Origin: Mustelus asterias
Lineage: Eukaryota
DNA length: 64,000 nucleotides
Reading direction: 5' to 3'
Assembly: GCF_964213995.1 (NCBI RefSeq)
Contig: NC_135817.1
Location: 26,040,001-26,104,000, forward strand
Shown: positions 37,201-50,060 of the stretch, piece after piece
Numbering within the stretch: the stretch's first letter is position 1
Layout of the letters: each line of letters begins with the position of its first letter
Translations under genes and position numbers: made by a program
The notes under the pieces: generated by a model
The model's input: the letters and a program-made list of their open reading frames with translations, nothing else
What the model was told of the DNA's origin: nothing
Databases searched by the model: none

Positions 37201-38261
37201 AATTTGACAAAGTTATTTAAATTGGTCCCTATGGTGGTTACGCATGGTCTTCTGCAGGGATAAGGCAGGAAAGTGGAGTTGAAGATTATAGAAGAACAGC
37301 CATGATCTCATTTAAGGTGGAGCAGACTTGATGCCAAATGGTCTACTTTCTGCTCCTGTGTCTTATGATCCACATAAATGAGCACTGGGTGGCCTCCAAC
37401 TTTCTCAATCTAGAACTCTACCACTTGCTGGGTTACAACATTTTTTTTAAAAAGTATATTTTGCTTCTGCTCATCACTTGCCCAACTAAACTTTGTGTAT
37501 TTTACCCGGTGTGCTTTTAACTGCTAATTACTGTTTTTTTTTCAATTCAGCACATGCTTCCAAAATCAGCCTCCTTGCTGCCACCGTGCAAATACAGTGA
37601 TGACCATAGGCAGGCATTCCATTGCATCTGAAATTCCATCTGAAATTTGATGAAGTCAAATTCCTTTGGAAAGGGAAAAGGCAGGTGTTTGCCCATCTGC
37701 AGGAAGATCAGAATTTATATATTCCATCAAAATGGCCTCCTTTTGTACTGTAATTATTTCTACAGACAGAATTTTACAGGCCCTCCCACCAGCAGAATTT
37801 CTGGCGCGGAACTGTTTGCGCTAAAAAAAAAGTGCCTTGGAGACTCACAGCCGGCTGGATGCTGGTCACGAATCTCTCACGAAAGGCCCCCCCACTGTTG
37901 TCTCCCGGCCTGCTGTGCTACTTGAGCAGCACGGCGGGCTGGGAGAATCCTGGCCTATAACTCTAGCCCCAAATATAGACTACCTTAGATCAGGAGCACT
38001 CTTCAACAATCATCCTCACCTGAGTTCAAGGCAGCAACTTCACACAGACACTTATTTTGGGTCTGAGAAAGTTAACCATGACTACCCCAAGGAAAGTGAC
38101 TGGATAGTCTGTTAAATAATTTGTTGGCAAAGTTATAACTACTGGAAATTATAAGGGTCCGGGGTCTTTATTTGAAAATTGTATCTTCCAACTTTCAGAA
38201 AATATGAGAGGTGGGTTCTTATACTGCATGCAATAGACTACAAGAGACATTATATTTTACT

Positions 38262-39632
38262 AGAGTCTTAGAGGTTTACAGCATGGAAACAAGGCCCTAC
38301 GGCCCAATTTGCCCATGCTGCCCTTTTTATTTAACTACTTAGCTAGTCCCAATTGCCAGCGTTTGGCCCATATCCCTCTATACCCATCTTACCCATGTAA
38401 CTATCAATGCTTTTTAAAAGACAAAATTGTACCCGCCTCTACCTCCGGCAGCTTGTTCCAGACACTCACCACCCTCTGTGTTAAAACATTGCCCCAATGA
38501 ACCCTTTTGTATCTCTCCCCTCTCACCTTAAACCTATGTCCTCTAGTTTTAGACATTGACTCTCTAAATGCCTGTAAATCCTGTCTCTCAGAATACCTTC
38601 CAACAACTTACCCTCTACAGATGTTAGGCTCACCAGCATGTCGTTCCCAGGCTTTTCCCTGTAGCCCTTCTTAAACAAAGGCTAAACAACATTTGCCACC
38701 CTCCAATCTTCAGGCACCTCATCTGTGGTTGTCGATTATTCAAATATCTTTGCTCGGGGACCCACAATTTCCTCCCTAGCCTCCCACAACATCCTGGGAT
38801 ACACTCCATCAGGTCCCGGGGGTTTATCCACCTTGAAGTACTTTAAGACTTCCAGCACCTCCTTCACTGTAATATGTACACTCCTCAAGACATCACTATT
38901 TATTTCCCCAAGTTCCTTAACATCCATGCCTTTCTCAACTATAAATACCGATGAGAAATATTCATTTAGGATCTCACCCATCTCTTGTGGATCCACACAT
39001 AGAGCAGCACCGTGGCATAGTAGTTAGCACTGCTTCCTCACAGCACCAGGGACCCGGGTTCAATTCATGCCTTGGGTCACTGTCTGTGTGAAGTTTGTAC
39101 GTTCTCCCAGTGTCTGCGTAGGTTTCCTCCGGGTGCTCCAGTTTCCTCCCACACTCCAAAGATGTGCAGATTAGGTTGACTGGCCATGTTAAATTGACCC
39201 TAGTGTCAGGGGATTAGCAGGGTAAATATGTGGGGTTGCAGGAATAGAGTCTGGGTGGGATTGTGGTCAGTGCAGACTTGATGGGCCAAATGGCTTCCTT
39301 CTGCACTGTAGGGATTCTATGTTGGATGACCTTGTTGATCCTTAAGAGGCCCCACTCTCTCCCTAGTTACTCTTTTGTCCTTTATGTATTTGTAGAAGCT
39401 CTTTGGATTCTCCTTTGCCTTATCTGCCAAAGCAATCTCGTGTCCCCTTTTTGCCCTCCTGGTTTCTCTCTTAACTCTACTCCTACAGCCTCTATACTCT
39501 TCAAGGGATCCACTTGATCCCAGTTGCCTATGCATGTCATGTACCTCCTTCTTCTTCTTGACCAGGGCCTCAATATCCCGAGTCATTCAGGGTTCCCTAC
39601 TTCTAGCAGCCTTGCCCTTCTCTCTAAAAGGA
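38262..39632 (-). mobile_element. Internally deleted CR1 LINE with nested HE1-type SINE (~39003-39320, +)
   Basis: ORF2 pieces (KENPKSFYKYIK; LNEYFSSVF...KPPGPDGVYPR) join directly to the 3' end at ~38555; the RT core is missing. Confidence 0.88.
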
Positions 39633-40027
39633 AAAGCACAACATTCTGTTGTGTGCAGAAGGCCCCAGATCACTACAGGAGGCTTCTCTAAGAAAGGATG
39701 GAGGGGTATTGCGAGGGGAGGGGAGGGGGGAGAATATATATATTTTTAAACTTCAGTGAAAAAGATACATAAAATGGTAAGGCTATCGCAGTAGTGGGAA
39801 ATGGGGGTGGGCAATTGGTAGTGGTGAAGTCAGATTTTGGGGAAATCCCACTACAAGATGGCCTTTCGCTGAAATCCCATCACAAGCAACCTCCACCCCT
39901 ATCCAACAGTAAATACTGATGAGTAATATTCATTTACTAACAAGTTTATTACGGAAATATTTAACATGCAATACACGTTAAAGTGGATATGTACATTACA
40001 AAAAGTTAATGACTATAAAAGATAACG

Positions 40028-40400
40028 TGGGGCGAACATGGGATTTTCCGGCCATGCTCGCCCCAATGTCGGAAAATCCCGTCTGAGGTCAATGTATCTT
40101 TGCATGGTCCGTGTCCTGCCTGCTACGATTCCCATGGCGGGCGGGACGGGAAAATTCTTAGTTGTAAAACGGAATCCAATAAAACTTTAAAAATATAGGT
40201 TGGAACTCTCCGTCCGTTCACGCCGGCAGGATTCTCCGATCCCTCCAGCAGCGCACCTCTGCTCATGCATTTCCTGCCGGTGTGGGGGTGACATCAATGG
40301 TATTCCCATTGACAGGTTCCTAGAGAATCCTGCCACTAGCAAACAACACACCATCTCCCGCCACGGGAAACACCCAGCTGGGAGGCCAGAGAATCTCGCC
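40028..40400. mobile_element. Two GC-rich MITE-like elements (PIF/Harbinger-type ends)
   Basis: GGGATTTTCC...GGAAAATTC and GGAACTCTCC...AGAGAATCTCGCC ends; related copies at ~37770-37955, 41371-41497, ~53478-53598 and 62917-63127. Confidence 0.65.
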
Positions 40401-41370
40401 ATTATATCACAGCTAATAACAATTTAAGAATACCCATCAATATTCAAAGTAACGCTTTACATAAATCCTGAGTGAATCACTTGTTGGGGCAGTTGCACAG
40501 AAAATCTGTCTGCTTTACGATATTCAACTCCTCAACAACTGAAGAAACATTGAAAGCGTTCCCCCAGTACCCTTCTATAATGCCTCTGATGTTCTGAAAA
40601 GAAACTGGAACAGTCAGACATTTCCTCAATCAGATTACATAATTTTTTAGCAGCATGGGTGTTAGTTCTTTTATTAACTCTTCCCCTTAGATGTGTCCTT
40701 AGTATTCTCCATTATTTAATTGTTAAAATAATTGTTATCTTAAATGATGTGAAACAGTATATGGTTGTAATGCTCCAGAATATGCTCTTCATATCTTTCC
40801 TGTTTACCTCCAATTGTTTCTATGAAAGTGATTTTAAACTTTTAATGGATGAATAGAATTTTAAAAGTTTGTTTTTCTAATTTGCTGAAGTTAAGACTTA
40901 AGAATGACTCCTGAACAGATAAGGAGAGACAATACCATTATAAAAGCTTTTAAAGTTCCTTTAAAAATGATTTTAAAGCTTTTTCTTATCATTGCTGAGT
41001 GTGAAGAAAATTTAAAAGTCTCTGATGTTACATTATGTGTGGTACAGATTAGGTCTGTTTAACACTTGTTGAACCAAAGCTGTCAGCAAGTATTGGCCAT
41101 GCATATACTTTAAGGCTTCTAGCTAAAAATGGCTATTCTTGAATATGGGTCCACTTCCTTAATTCTAAAGTCTAATATCCTAAACACATATGAATTCTAC
41201 CTATTTATTCCTTCACGTAGGAACAAGATTCCACTATCCGGCTCCTCCTCCCATTCATTTTGAGTTTAGCCAACACAATTTTGGATGACTATCCTCATTT
41301 TGCTTCCAGGAACCTTTGTCCATAACCTCCAGTTTAAGCCTTGCTGCAAGTTTCTGCATTTTCAGATAAT

Positions 41371-41497
41371 GGGGGGAATTTTCACGTTCCACCCGCCACA
41401 GGAATCGTAGCGGGCGTTGGGCAGACCATGGAAAGGTCCATTGACCTTGGGTGGGATATTCCAGTTTTGGAGCGAGCATGGCTGAAAAATTCCACCC
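41371..41497. mobile_element. MITE with TIRs and 3-bp TSD (Harbinger-like)
   Basis: GGGGGGAATTTT...AAAATTCCACCC flanked by AAT/AAT. Confidence 0.75.
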
Positions 41498-41559
41498 AAT
41501 AATTTTGCATCCTCCAGTTCCCAACTTGGTGCCTTCAGGGTATACCTTCAGCTGGAGCT

Positions 41560-44500
41560 TCACTTGCAGACCTCGTGCATAGGGGCAGCACTGCTCATTG
41601 TGTTTAAAGTTTATCGCTCTATTCATTTTGACTTCCCTTTAACAGGCTATCATTGATTAACCCATGTGCTTGAAAATAGTTTTGTACTTTGATTTTTGGC
41701 TTTGTTGTGAATTATGATTCTAAGAGTTTTCCAGCCCTAGTTCCACTAATGTTTTCAAACCAGCACCTTTTCTACAGCTGTCTTTAATAATTGTTCCATG
41801 TACAAAATATCTCCACGCGCACTTCTAAAATTTCTTGAAAAACATTGATACAAATCTTTATTTTTTAAAAAACTTTAATATCTCTGCCACACTTTCATCC
41901 TTGTAAATGAATCATTCATTGCAGAGCACTACTGGGATCCATTTGAAATGCTCTCGAGAGTGCAGTGCACAGGGTGGGATGATTGAATCTATTTCCTTCT
42001 GCCTGAAACCATTACTATGTTATCTTTACTTTAAACTAGTCTTATACTGTTTAATATGCCCTTGAAAATCCATATTATGTGATAGTAGCTGTTAACCTCT
42101 TCATGCACCCTTTTAGTTCATCTAATCTTCCTCTCATCTCTTGTTCCATCTTGCCCACTATTTTCTTTAGCATTGTTACCCTAACTTTAGTCAAATTACT
42201 TCCTTTAACTTTCAGGTCAGTTTTAATCTTCACATTCTTCTTTGACGCGTCTCTTTCTCACATTATAGGAATCTGTTTATTTTGTACTCCGTCCATGTTA
42301 AATTTGAAGATTTCCCACTGCTGAACTGTCAATGGGTTTGCTCATTTTTTTTGGTCTGGTTAATTTGGGCCAGATCCCTTCTTATCTCACTGGACTTTGT
42401 CTGTTTACATTCTGCAGATTTATCTTTGATCCTTTGTTCTCTTCTATTCTTACACTGTGCCTGCATTAATGGGTGCTTTTATGCAATTATTCTCTTATCG
42501 TCACATTCATTATTTATCCTAGATCTTTTTACAGAATTAAACAAGGCAATGTTTTTTTCTTGTTGGACTACACACAATGATCCAAGGAAGAAACTAGAAT
42601 GCATTTGAAGGGAAACACGCTCCACCTTCATCATATTCATTAGCTTTAGCCAGGTCATCTCGGAATTGTTAAAACCAACCAATTGTATTGCCATATTGTT
42701 CTCATTTTATTCCCCAAAAATATACTTTATTCATAAAATTTGTAAAATGCATTCCAAAGCTATGTGGGTTAGGTTGATTGGCCATGCTAAATTGCCCCTT
42801 AGTGACATTAGTGGGATTACAGGGATAAGGCCTGGGTGGCACTGTTGTCGGTGCAGGCTCGATGGGCCAAATGGCCTCATTCTGCACTGTAGGAATTATA
42901 CTCTATTATTTCAACCTGAAATTTACTGAAAGTACCTTAAAATGGGACTTGTCTCCAGACAGTGTGTGCCTTTATAATATTGTAATTCTTTTGGTATTTT
43001 TAATATACATTCCATGTCAGACACAACCCGGAGGCAATACATTTCAAACTGAAACATTACTTTCTTTCATACAGCATGTTCTTCTCTGAAGTGCCTCAGT
43101 ATAATTTCAATCCTCTTGTATTCTTATTCATTGTTAGGCTTACAGCCCAAGGGGGTGCTACAAAATTTCCAGTCCCTCAAATGTGCTATGGTTGAAAGGT
43201 CTTAGACTTTCCCCTGAACAGTCTACTGATTTCAACCTCTATTTAATCTTCGTTGTTCAGTGACCTGTAACACATGCCAAAAATTGCATCATTTTACATT
43301 CTATTGGTTAACTTTGTTGGGAAGGACTTGAGGTTGTTTGGTTTTTGAGGGTGGGTCAGAAGTGGGCAATTAGAAGAACCCTACCCCACGTTGGCATGCC
43401 AGTTTCCCAATGCAAGATCAACATGCTCAGATTTCGGAATGCACCAAGGGAAGCCAGAAGAGGCAACACACCCATAATTTAGAATCACCACTTGTTGTCA
43501 ATTCATTTAGGGGTGAGGTTTGGATTTTTGTTTTGAGTTGGATTCAACGCATCATTAGAACCACAGCATAGAGCAGAAGGCAGTGAGGTAGTAGGGAATG
43601 ATCCGCAATGAGGCAAGGGGCAACGCTGAAGAGGGAAGACTGTGAGATGGCTGACACAGTGTTGGCAGCAGAAAGGGTGCAGAATCGTTAGCAACAGCAA
43701 ATTGGCAAGGTACATTAGAGAGATAGGTTTCAATACAGACCAAAATAGAAACAGAAAATTCTGTTAACATGCTGATAAGTCTATTAAAAATAAAGGTTAG
43801 GTTAATATTTCAAACACAGAATTTTGTATGCCATCCTTCCTTATCTCTATTTCTTTGGTTTTGTGTTTAAATTGTGTCCTACTTCTCTGACTTGAACCCA
43901 CCCCCTTTCAACATCCACCACGGAAAATTGGATGGCAAAGGTGACTCCTGGACAATTAAGTGCTTTGCATACATAAGTGTGGCACATGCACATTTCCATG
44001 TGTGAGCAAGACCAGGACCCTGAAGTCATCATTAAGGCTGACTTAAAACCTCTAAGTATATCCTTACATTTAGCACTGTGATAAAATCCCTCAAAAACAT
44101 AATCATCCCATTTCCGTCCATATCTTGCTTGAAAATGTTCCAACCAGGAATGCTGGACTAAATGTTCCCTCGGTGCAGTGTTCAGAACATGTTAGTGGGA
44201 GGCCCAGACCATTTTGATGGTCCGATCTTTTCAGGTTAGGGTTGCAGTGAAAATTGAATATTCCAGAGTAGCCCGTAGCATTCCAACTCACTGTAATATG
44301 TGGCCCGGTGGGACTGTAGGATCGACTATAATTTAGTTGGGAGTGTATTCTCACTAGGGGCACACCCACCATGACAGCAACACAGTTTACCTTTGTAGAG
44401 CCTGGAGTAGTATTCTTGCTCCTCTTTGCCATCAGAAACATATAACATATTACATTTGGAGGAGGTCATGTGGCACAATGGGTAGCGTCCCTGCCTCTCA

Positions 44501-46000
44501 GCTAGAAGCCCCTGGTCTGAGTCCCACCCCGGGACTTGATGGCCAATAAAGGTACATTCATAACATGGTCAAACAGGTTGAGAATCTACCTGCAAAATCC
44601 TTCCAACACGCCACTGGCAGGCAGTAAGAGCGGGAGAGACACCTAGTCAGCCATGCTTGATGTGGAGTGGTGGCCCCTCAAGCTATTAGCCTCTGGCGAC
44701 ACAGGCTAATGCTCTGTTCCAGGCAAAACCCTCGCTATCAGAACAGATGAAAATCTGCCTTGTGCACCACTCGGTGCAGCAAGAGAAACAACAACAACTA
44801 ATCTTTGGGCTCCCATTCTGATGTGCCACCAGCAGGGCACATGTCTGCCTGGTTGCAACTTAAAATTACTGTGGTTCCTACTGATGTCAGAGGCCCCCAA
44901 TTTAAATAGACAACTTAATAGTGCTCCTGATCCAAATGGCCACCAGAAACCCTTAGTCCAAGGACCCTTTTAAAATGATGAGGGCCACAGCAACAGTGGG
45001 AATGGGACAGTGAATCCTTCTCTGTGATTTACAGAGCACTACACCTCCTTCGCCTCTGTTAAGTTTTAAGCCCTTTCCAAACATATATATTTCCATTAAA
45101 TCTGTTATATCATGTCCCTTCAGTTTTGTCAAGTTACTTAAATACCTCTGAACACTGACTCCAGCTTTTTGGATTGTAAAGCTTATACTTTAACCACGGT
45201 TTCTCATTTCATTTTAAAAATATCTCTTGTCCCATGAAGTTATACTTTATTTGTCACTTTCTAGGCTCTTTTCCTTCATTTTTTCTCTGGTACAATTTCA
45301 TCACTGGTTATTTCATTTAAGCCTTTTGATTCTATTCCAATGAATCCTCTCCTCCCTCTCTAGTCACAGACTGACTTTCCCCAAAACCTCCCACATAAAT
45401 TTCAGTCATCCCCATGGTTCTAATGACCCTCTTCACAAGGATAATCATGCAAATTCAGGTCAGGTAAAAACAATCTTTTTTAAAACAGGTCTTGCTCCAG
45501 AGCTTATTCCAATAACCCAAGAATGTGAATCCTGCCATCTTGTTGATGTTGATCTTCCAAATCATCTACTCTTTAATTTATCCAGGGTGTGACTGCTACG
45601 TATTTGCATTAATCCTTATCAGTTTACTGAAGGTCTGTTGTGCAAATGTGTTCATGTATTCACCAGAAGTGATGTTCCTAGCACAGGGAAACAGCAGAGA
45701 AGAAGCAGCCATATAACAGAATAAAGCTCTGCTGCTTTTAACCCACCTGCTACCTAGCACCAATATACAACTGTGGCACTGGGAGCAATCTGCAGATTAC
45801 CACATTTGAGGTTTTTCAATCTAGTGCCTAACCCCCTGCTCCCTTTGCGAAAGCGCAGACTTATTTCTATCCATGTCGTTGATTCCAGCATAGACCACAG
45901 CTTCTGGCTGTTTCATGCCTTTCCCAGAAGTTCATCCCCCCATAACACCAAGGAGGTAACACATCATTCAGATTTCATAACTGCAGAAATACAGTAATCT
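41560..46000 (-). mobile_element. Old fragmented CR1 (ORF1 esterase remnant ~45800-45950, ORF2 endonuclease remnants ~41600-42700) with nested insertions
   Basis: AVVYAGINDM-like esterase motif on the minus strand; heavily decayed, limits uncertain. Confidence 0.4.
44459..44797 (+). mobile_element. tRNA-derived SINE of a second family, (CAA)n tail
   Basis: TGTGGCACAATGG A box, B-box-like GGTCTGAGTCCC and ACAACAACAA end; related head on - at ~19975-20105. Confidence 0.65.
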
Positions 46001-46769
46001 ACATCCCTGACTAAAATCTCCCAGTACTATCACTGTCCTTCAGCCTTGTTGTTTAATAGAAAACACAGTCTATGAACAAAAGCAGCTGCTCCCTTTGAGT
46101 GGGGCAGTCATTCAGATTCCCTGCCCTGCTGTTTGTGAATTGCTGTTATTGTAAGTTGATGTTGTGATTAAAAAATACTTGCAGGGAATGGATTTATATT
46201 ATTTGAATGATTTACTTCCATGCAATCTGACAAGGTTGGCTTACAATACAAACCAGCCTGGATGGGAGCCAATTGGGGAATTCGCCCTTGTATTTCATAG
46301 AGTTTTTGGGATAGTGCATTGAATCTTTCTGATGTACTACCTAGTTAAGTTTCTGATTAGCAGAGATAGAAATAAAGACAAAGTGTAAAGATTAATGCAA
46401 TAATTTGCATGAATAAAGCTCCTTTCCCGACCTCAGGATCTGTCAAAGTACTTTTGAGGCAATGACATACTTTGCAAGTGTAGTCAATGTTGTGATGTTG
46501 GAGGCATAGCTAAGATGCTTATCATTCGTAAAAAGTTCAAATTGGTAGAGGTAAAATAGCTATTTATTTGTTGCTTGCCCAGATTTGCTGAAGAGTTCAA
46601 CAACAAAAGTTATTCAAAGAAAATCGATATTTTATTACTTAACACTTTTGTGAATGAATTCAAAACTCCTGTGTATTTGATATAACTTCAACTGTACTGT
46701 TAGAAAATGCTTGTTGTTGTAATGGCTTAATTCCTATATGAATCTGGTAGTTTCTGTTTGGAAAGCATC

Positions 46770-47275
46770 TACTGAACTCAGCTCTACCTCAGTGCTGGAA
46801 CTGCAAAGACAAACTTGGGAACATCGAGAAAGAATGACTGCCACACTTGTCAGATTGCAAGGCACGATGGAGGAGTCCAGATGCCTTCAGTCTGAGCTGA
46901 TTGCAGTGGCAAACCATCACACCAAGGGCAACATTGGTCGGCTGGCAACCACCATGAAGACCCTGGTCCAGGACATCAGTCTGGCACTGTTGCGTGAGCT
47001 GCACCCCACGGCTGAGGCATTAGTTGGCATCCATCAGTGTCAACACAATGCAGCTGTGGGACATCTCAATCTCAGTCCAGCTGCTTGTTCTCAAGGAGTC
47101 AGCCAGGGGCCCTCGGGCACCCATAAGGGAGGAGGAGCAGCACCTCAACACCACGCAACCATCCACCCAGGTGATTCTGGGAGTGTCCAGCCACTCCCAA
47201 TCCCCTCTTCCTATGACCCCAACAGCTCCAGCTCTGCACGCTGATAGGGCACCACTGCCACACACAAGACGCTCA
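46770..47275 (+). mobile_element. GC-rich ORF fragment, probably from a DNA transposon accessory gene (Harbinger ORF-like coiled coil)
   Basis: 168-aa ORF with a helical segment (LELQRQTWEHRERMTATLVRLQGTMEES) then a P/S-rich tail; no convincing splice sites; family assignment is from recollection only. Confidence 0.35.
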
Positions 47276-47499
47276 GCATTTCCTGTTTTTAAACTTACAT
47301 TGAGGTACAAGCTGTCAATCCTGTTTGAATGAATGACCATTTTGTGACAACATTTAACAAGTCACAGAATTGACTTTTACCTCTGACAGACACTGGGTGG
47401 CTTGCAGGCCATGTTGTTGCACAGCCTTCCCAATCTCCTCGCCGCAAACCCCCAGCTATTTGATGAACAGACTTTATTTCAATATTGTTTGCAGGCTAC

Positions 47500-48630
47500 C
47501 AGCAATATTCTGATGCTCACATTGATTCTTCACATTGAGGATATCCATCGTGTTGTGTGGCACTACCACCGTGCTAAATGGAATAGACCTCTAACAGATC
47601 TAGCAATTCAAGACTGTGCATCTATGAGGCGCTTTGGGCCATCAGCAGCAGCAGCAGAATTATACTCAACCACAACCTGTAACCTCATAGGCCAGCATAC
47701 CACTATCATTACCATCAAGCCAGGGGATCAGCCCTGGGTCTATGAAGAGTGCAGGAGGGCATCCCAGGAGCAGCATCAGCCATACCTAAAAATGAGGTGG
47801 CAACTGGTGAAGCTACCAACAAGACTACTTGCATGCTAAACAGCAAGTGATAGAGCTAAGCAATTTCACAACCAAATGGATCATATCTAAGCTCTGCAAT
47901 TTGGACATCCAGTTCAAAATGGTAGTGGACAATTAAACAACTCACTGGAGGATGAGGCTGCACAAATATCCCCATCCTCAATGATAGAGGTGTCCAGTGC
48001 AAAGCACAAGGCTGAAGCATCCGCAACAATCTTCAACCAGAAAGTGCCAAGTGGATGATCCATCTCAGCCAGATGTCAATCTTCAGCTAATTTGATTCAC
48101 TTCAAATGTTATCAAGAAACTGCTGAAGACACCAGATATTGCAAGGCTATGGGACCCAACAATATTCCGACAACAGTACTGAAGACTTGAGCTCCAGAAA
48201 TTGCTGTGCCCCTAGCCAAGCTGTCCAGTACAGCTACAACACTGGCATTTACCCAGCAATGTTGAAAATTGCCCAGATATGTGCTACACACAAGAAACAG
48301 GACAAATCCAAACCACCCAATTACCACCCCATTAGTCTACTCTCGCTTAACAGTGAAGTGATGGAAGGAGTCATCAACTGTGCTGAGAAGCAGCACTTGC
48401 TGAGCAACAACCTGCTCACTGACGTTCAGGTTGGGTTCTGCCAGGGTCACTAAGCTCCTGACCTAATTACAGCCTTGGTTTAAACGTGTACCAAAGTGCT
48501 GAACTCCAGAGGTGAGGGGATTGTGACTGTCCTTGACACCAAGGCAGCATTTGACCTAGTGTGGTATCAAGGATCCCGAGCAAAACTGCAGTCAGGGAGG
48601 AAGACCTTCCATTGGTTGCAATCGTACCTA
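47500..48630 (+). mobile_element. Degenerate LINE ORF2 fragment (CR1/L2 group)
   Basis: RVVWHYHRAKW...KPGDQPW..., NYHPISLLS...MEGVIN...LLTDVQVGF and LDTKAAFDLVW remnants. Confidence 0.8.
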
Positions 48631-48919
48631 ACTATTAGAATTAGTTACACATATTCAGTAAAGGGGACATACTAGGAGGTGTTTCCATCCTTAGGTCCAT
48701 ACACAACTCTGCTGAATAACACTCTGACAGTGGGTCTGGGTCATGTGTCTTCTTATATCATTATGTGGGCAGTACTGTACTCAGTCCCACATTAACCTTA
48801 CATGTGCTTGACCCTCATACTAGACCAACTAGCATGTTATAAGCAAGCTCCCACACAAAACAAGCAAATGCCTGAGCCACTATGAGGTGGCTCCTACTAA
48901 ATTGGTATTGGGTGAAAAT

Positions 48920-50060
48920 AGATTGAGAATGGGGCAGTAAGCTCATCACCATGCGGCAATTATATAGGGCCTTGGTGAGGCCACACCTGGAATACTGTGC
49001 GTGCAATTTTGGCCTCCTTATCTCCTTATCTGAGGAAAGATATTCTTGCTATAGAGGGAATGTAGAGAAGGTTTACCAGACTGATTCCTGGGATGGCGGG
49101 ACTAACACAGGAGAGATTTGAGTCGGTTCGGATTATCTTCACTGAAGTTCAGAAGAATGAGGGGGGATGTTAAAGTTTATTTATCAGTGTCACAAATAGG
49201 CTTACATTAACACTGCAATGAAGTTACTGTGAAAATCCCCCAGTCGCCACACACCGGTGCTTGTTCAGGTACACTGAGGGAGAATTCAGCATGACCAATG
49301 ACCAGCATGTCTTTTGGACTATGGGAGGAAACTGGAGCACCTGGAGGAAACCCACGCAGAACGGGGAGAATGTGCATACTCCGCACAGACAGTGACCCAA
49401 GCCGGGAATTGAACCCATATCCCTGGCACTGTGAGGCAGCAGTGCTAACCACTGTGTCACCATGTCAGAGAAACCCATAAAATTCGAACAGGCTTAGACA
49501 CGATAAATGCAGGAAGGATGTTCCTGATGGTGGGGGCATCCAGAACCAGGGGTCATAGTCCAAGGATATGGGGTAAACCTTTTAGGACTAAGATGAGGAG
49601 AAATATTTTCACGCAGAGAGTGGTAAACCTGTGGAATGCTGCTTTCTTCCCACCTGGGACACCAAATCTTGGTCATTTAACTATTCGGAGTGGGTGTCTC
49701 CAACTCTGGGTATTACTGTTGGTACAGTAAGAAGTCTCACAACATCAGGTTAAAGATGGTGGTAAACCTGGTGTTGTGAGACTTCTTACTGTGTTTACCC
49801 CAGCCCAACGCTGGCATCTCCACATTATTACTGTTGATGTCAATGCATAGAAAGCAGTTGAGGGCAAAACATTGTATGTTTTCAAGACAGAGTTAGATAT
49901 AGCTCTTGGACCGAAGGGGATCAATGGATATTGGGGGGAGGGGGTGGGGTTGGAGAAGGCAGGGTCAGGCTGTTGAGTTGAGTCAGCCATGATCATAATG
50001 AATCGTGGAGCAGGCTCGAAGGGCCGAATGGCCTATCCTATTTTCTATGTTTTTATGTTT
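48920..50060 (+). mobile_element. CR1 3' fragment carrying a nested SINE (~49170-49465, -) and a 211-bp foreign insert (49637-49847)
   Basis: LYRALVRPHLEYC...RTRGHS...RRNIFTQRVVNLWN, and the CR1 3'UTR resumes at ~49848. Confidence 0.85.
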
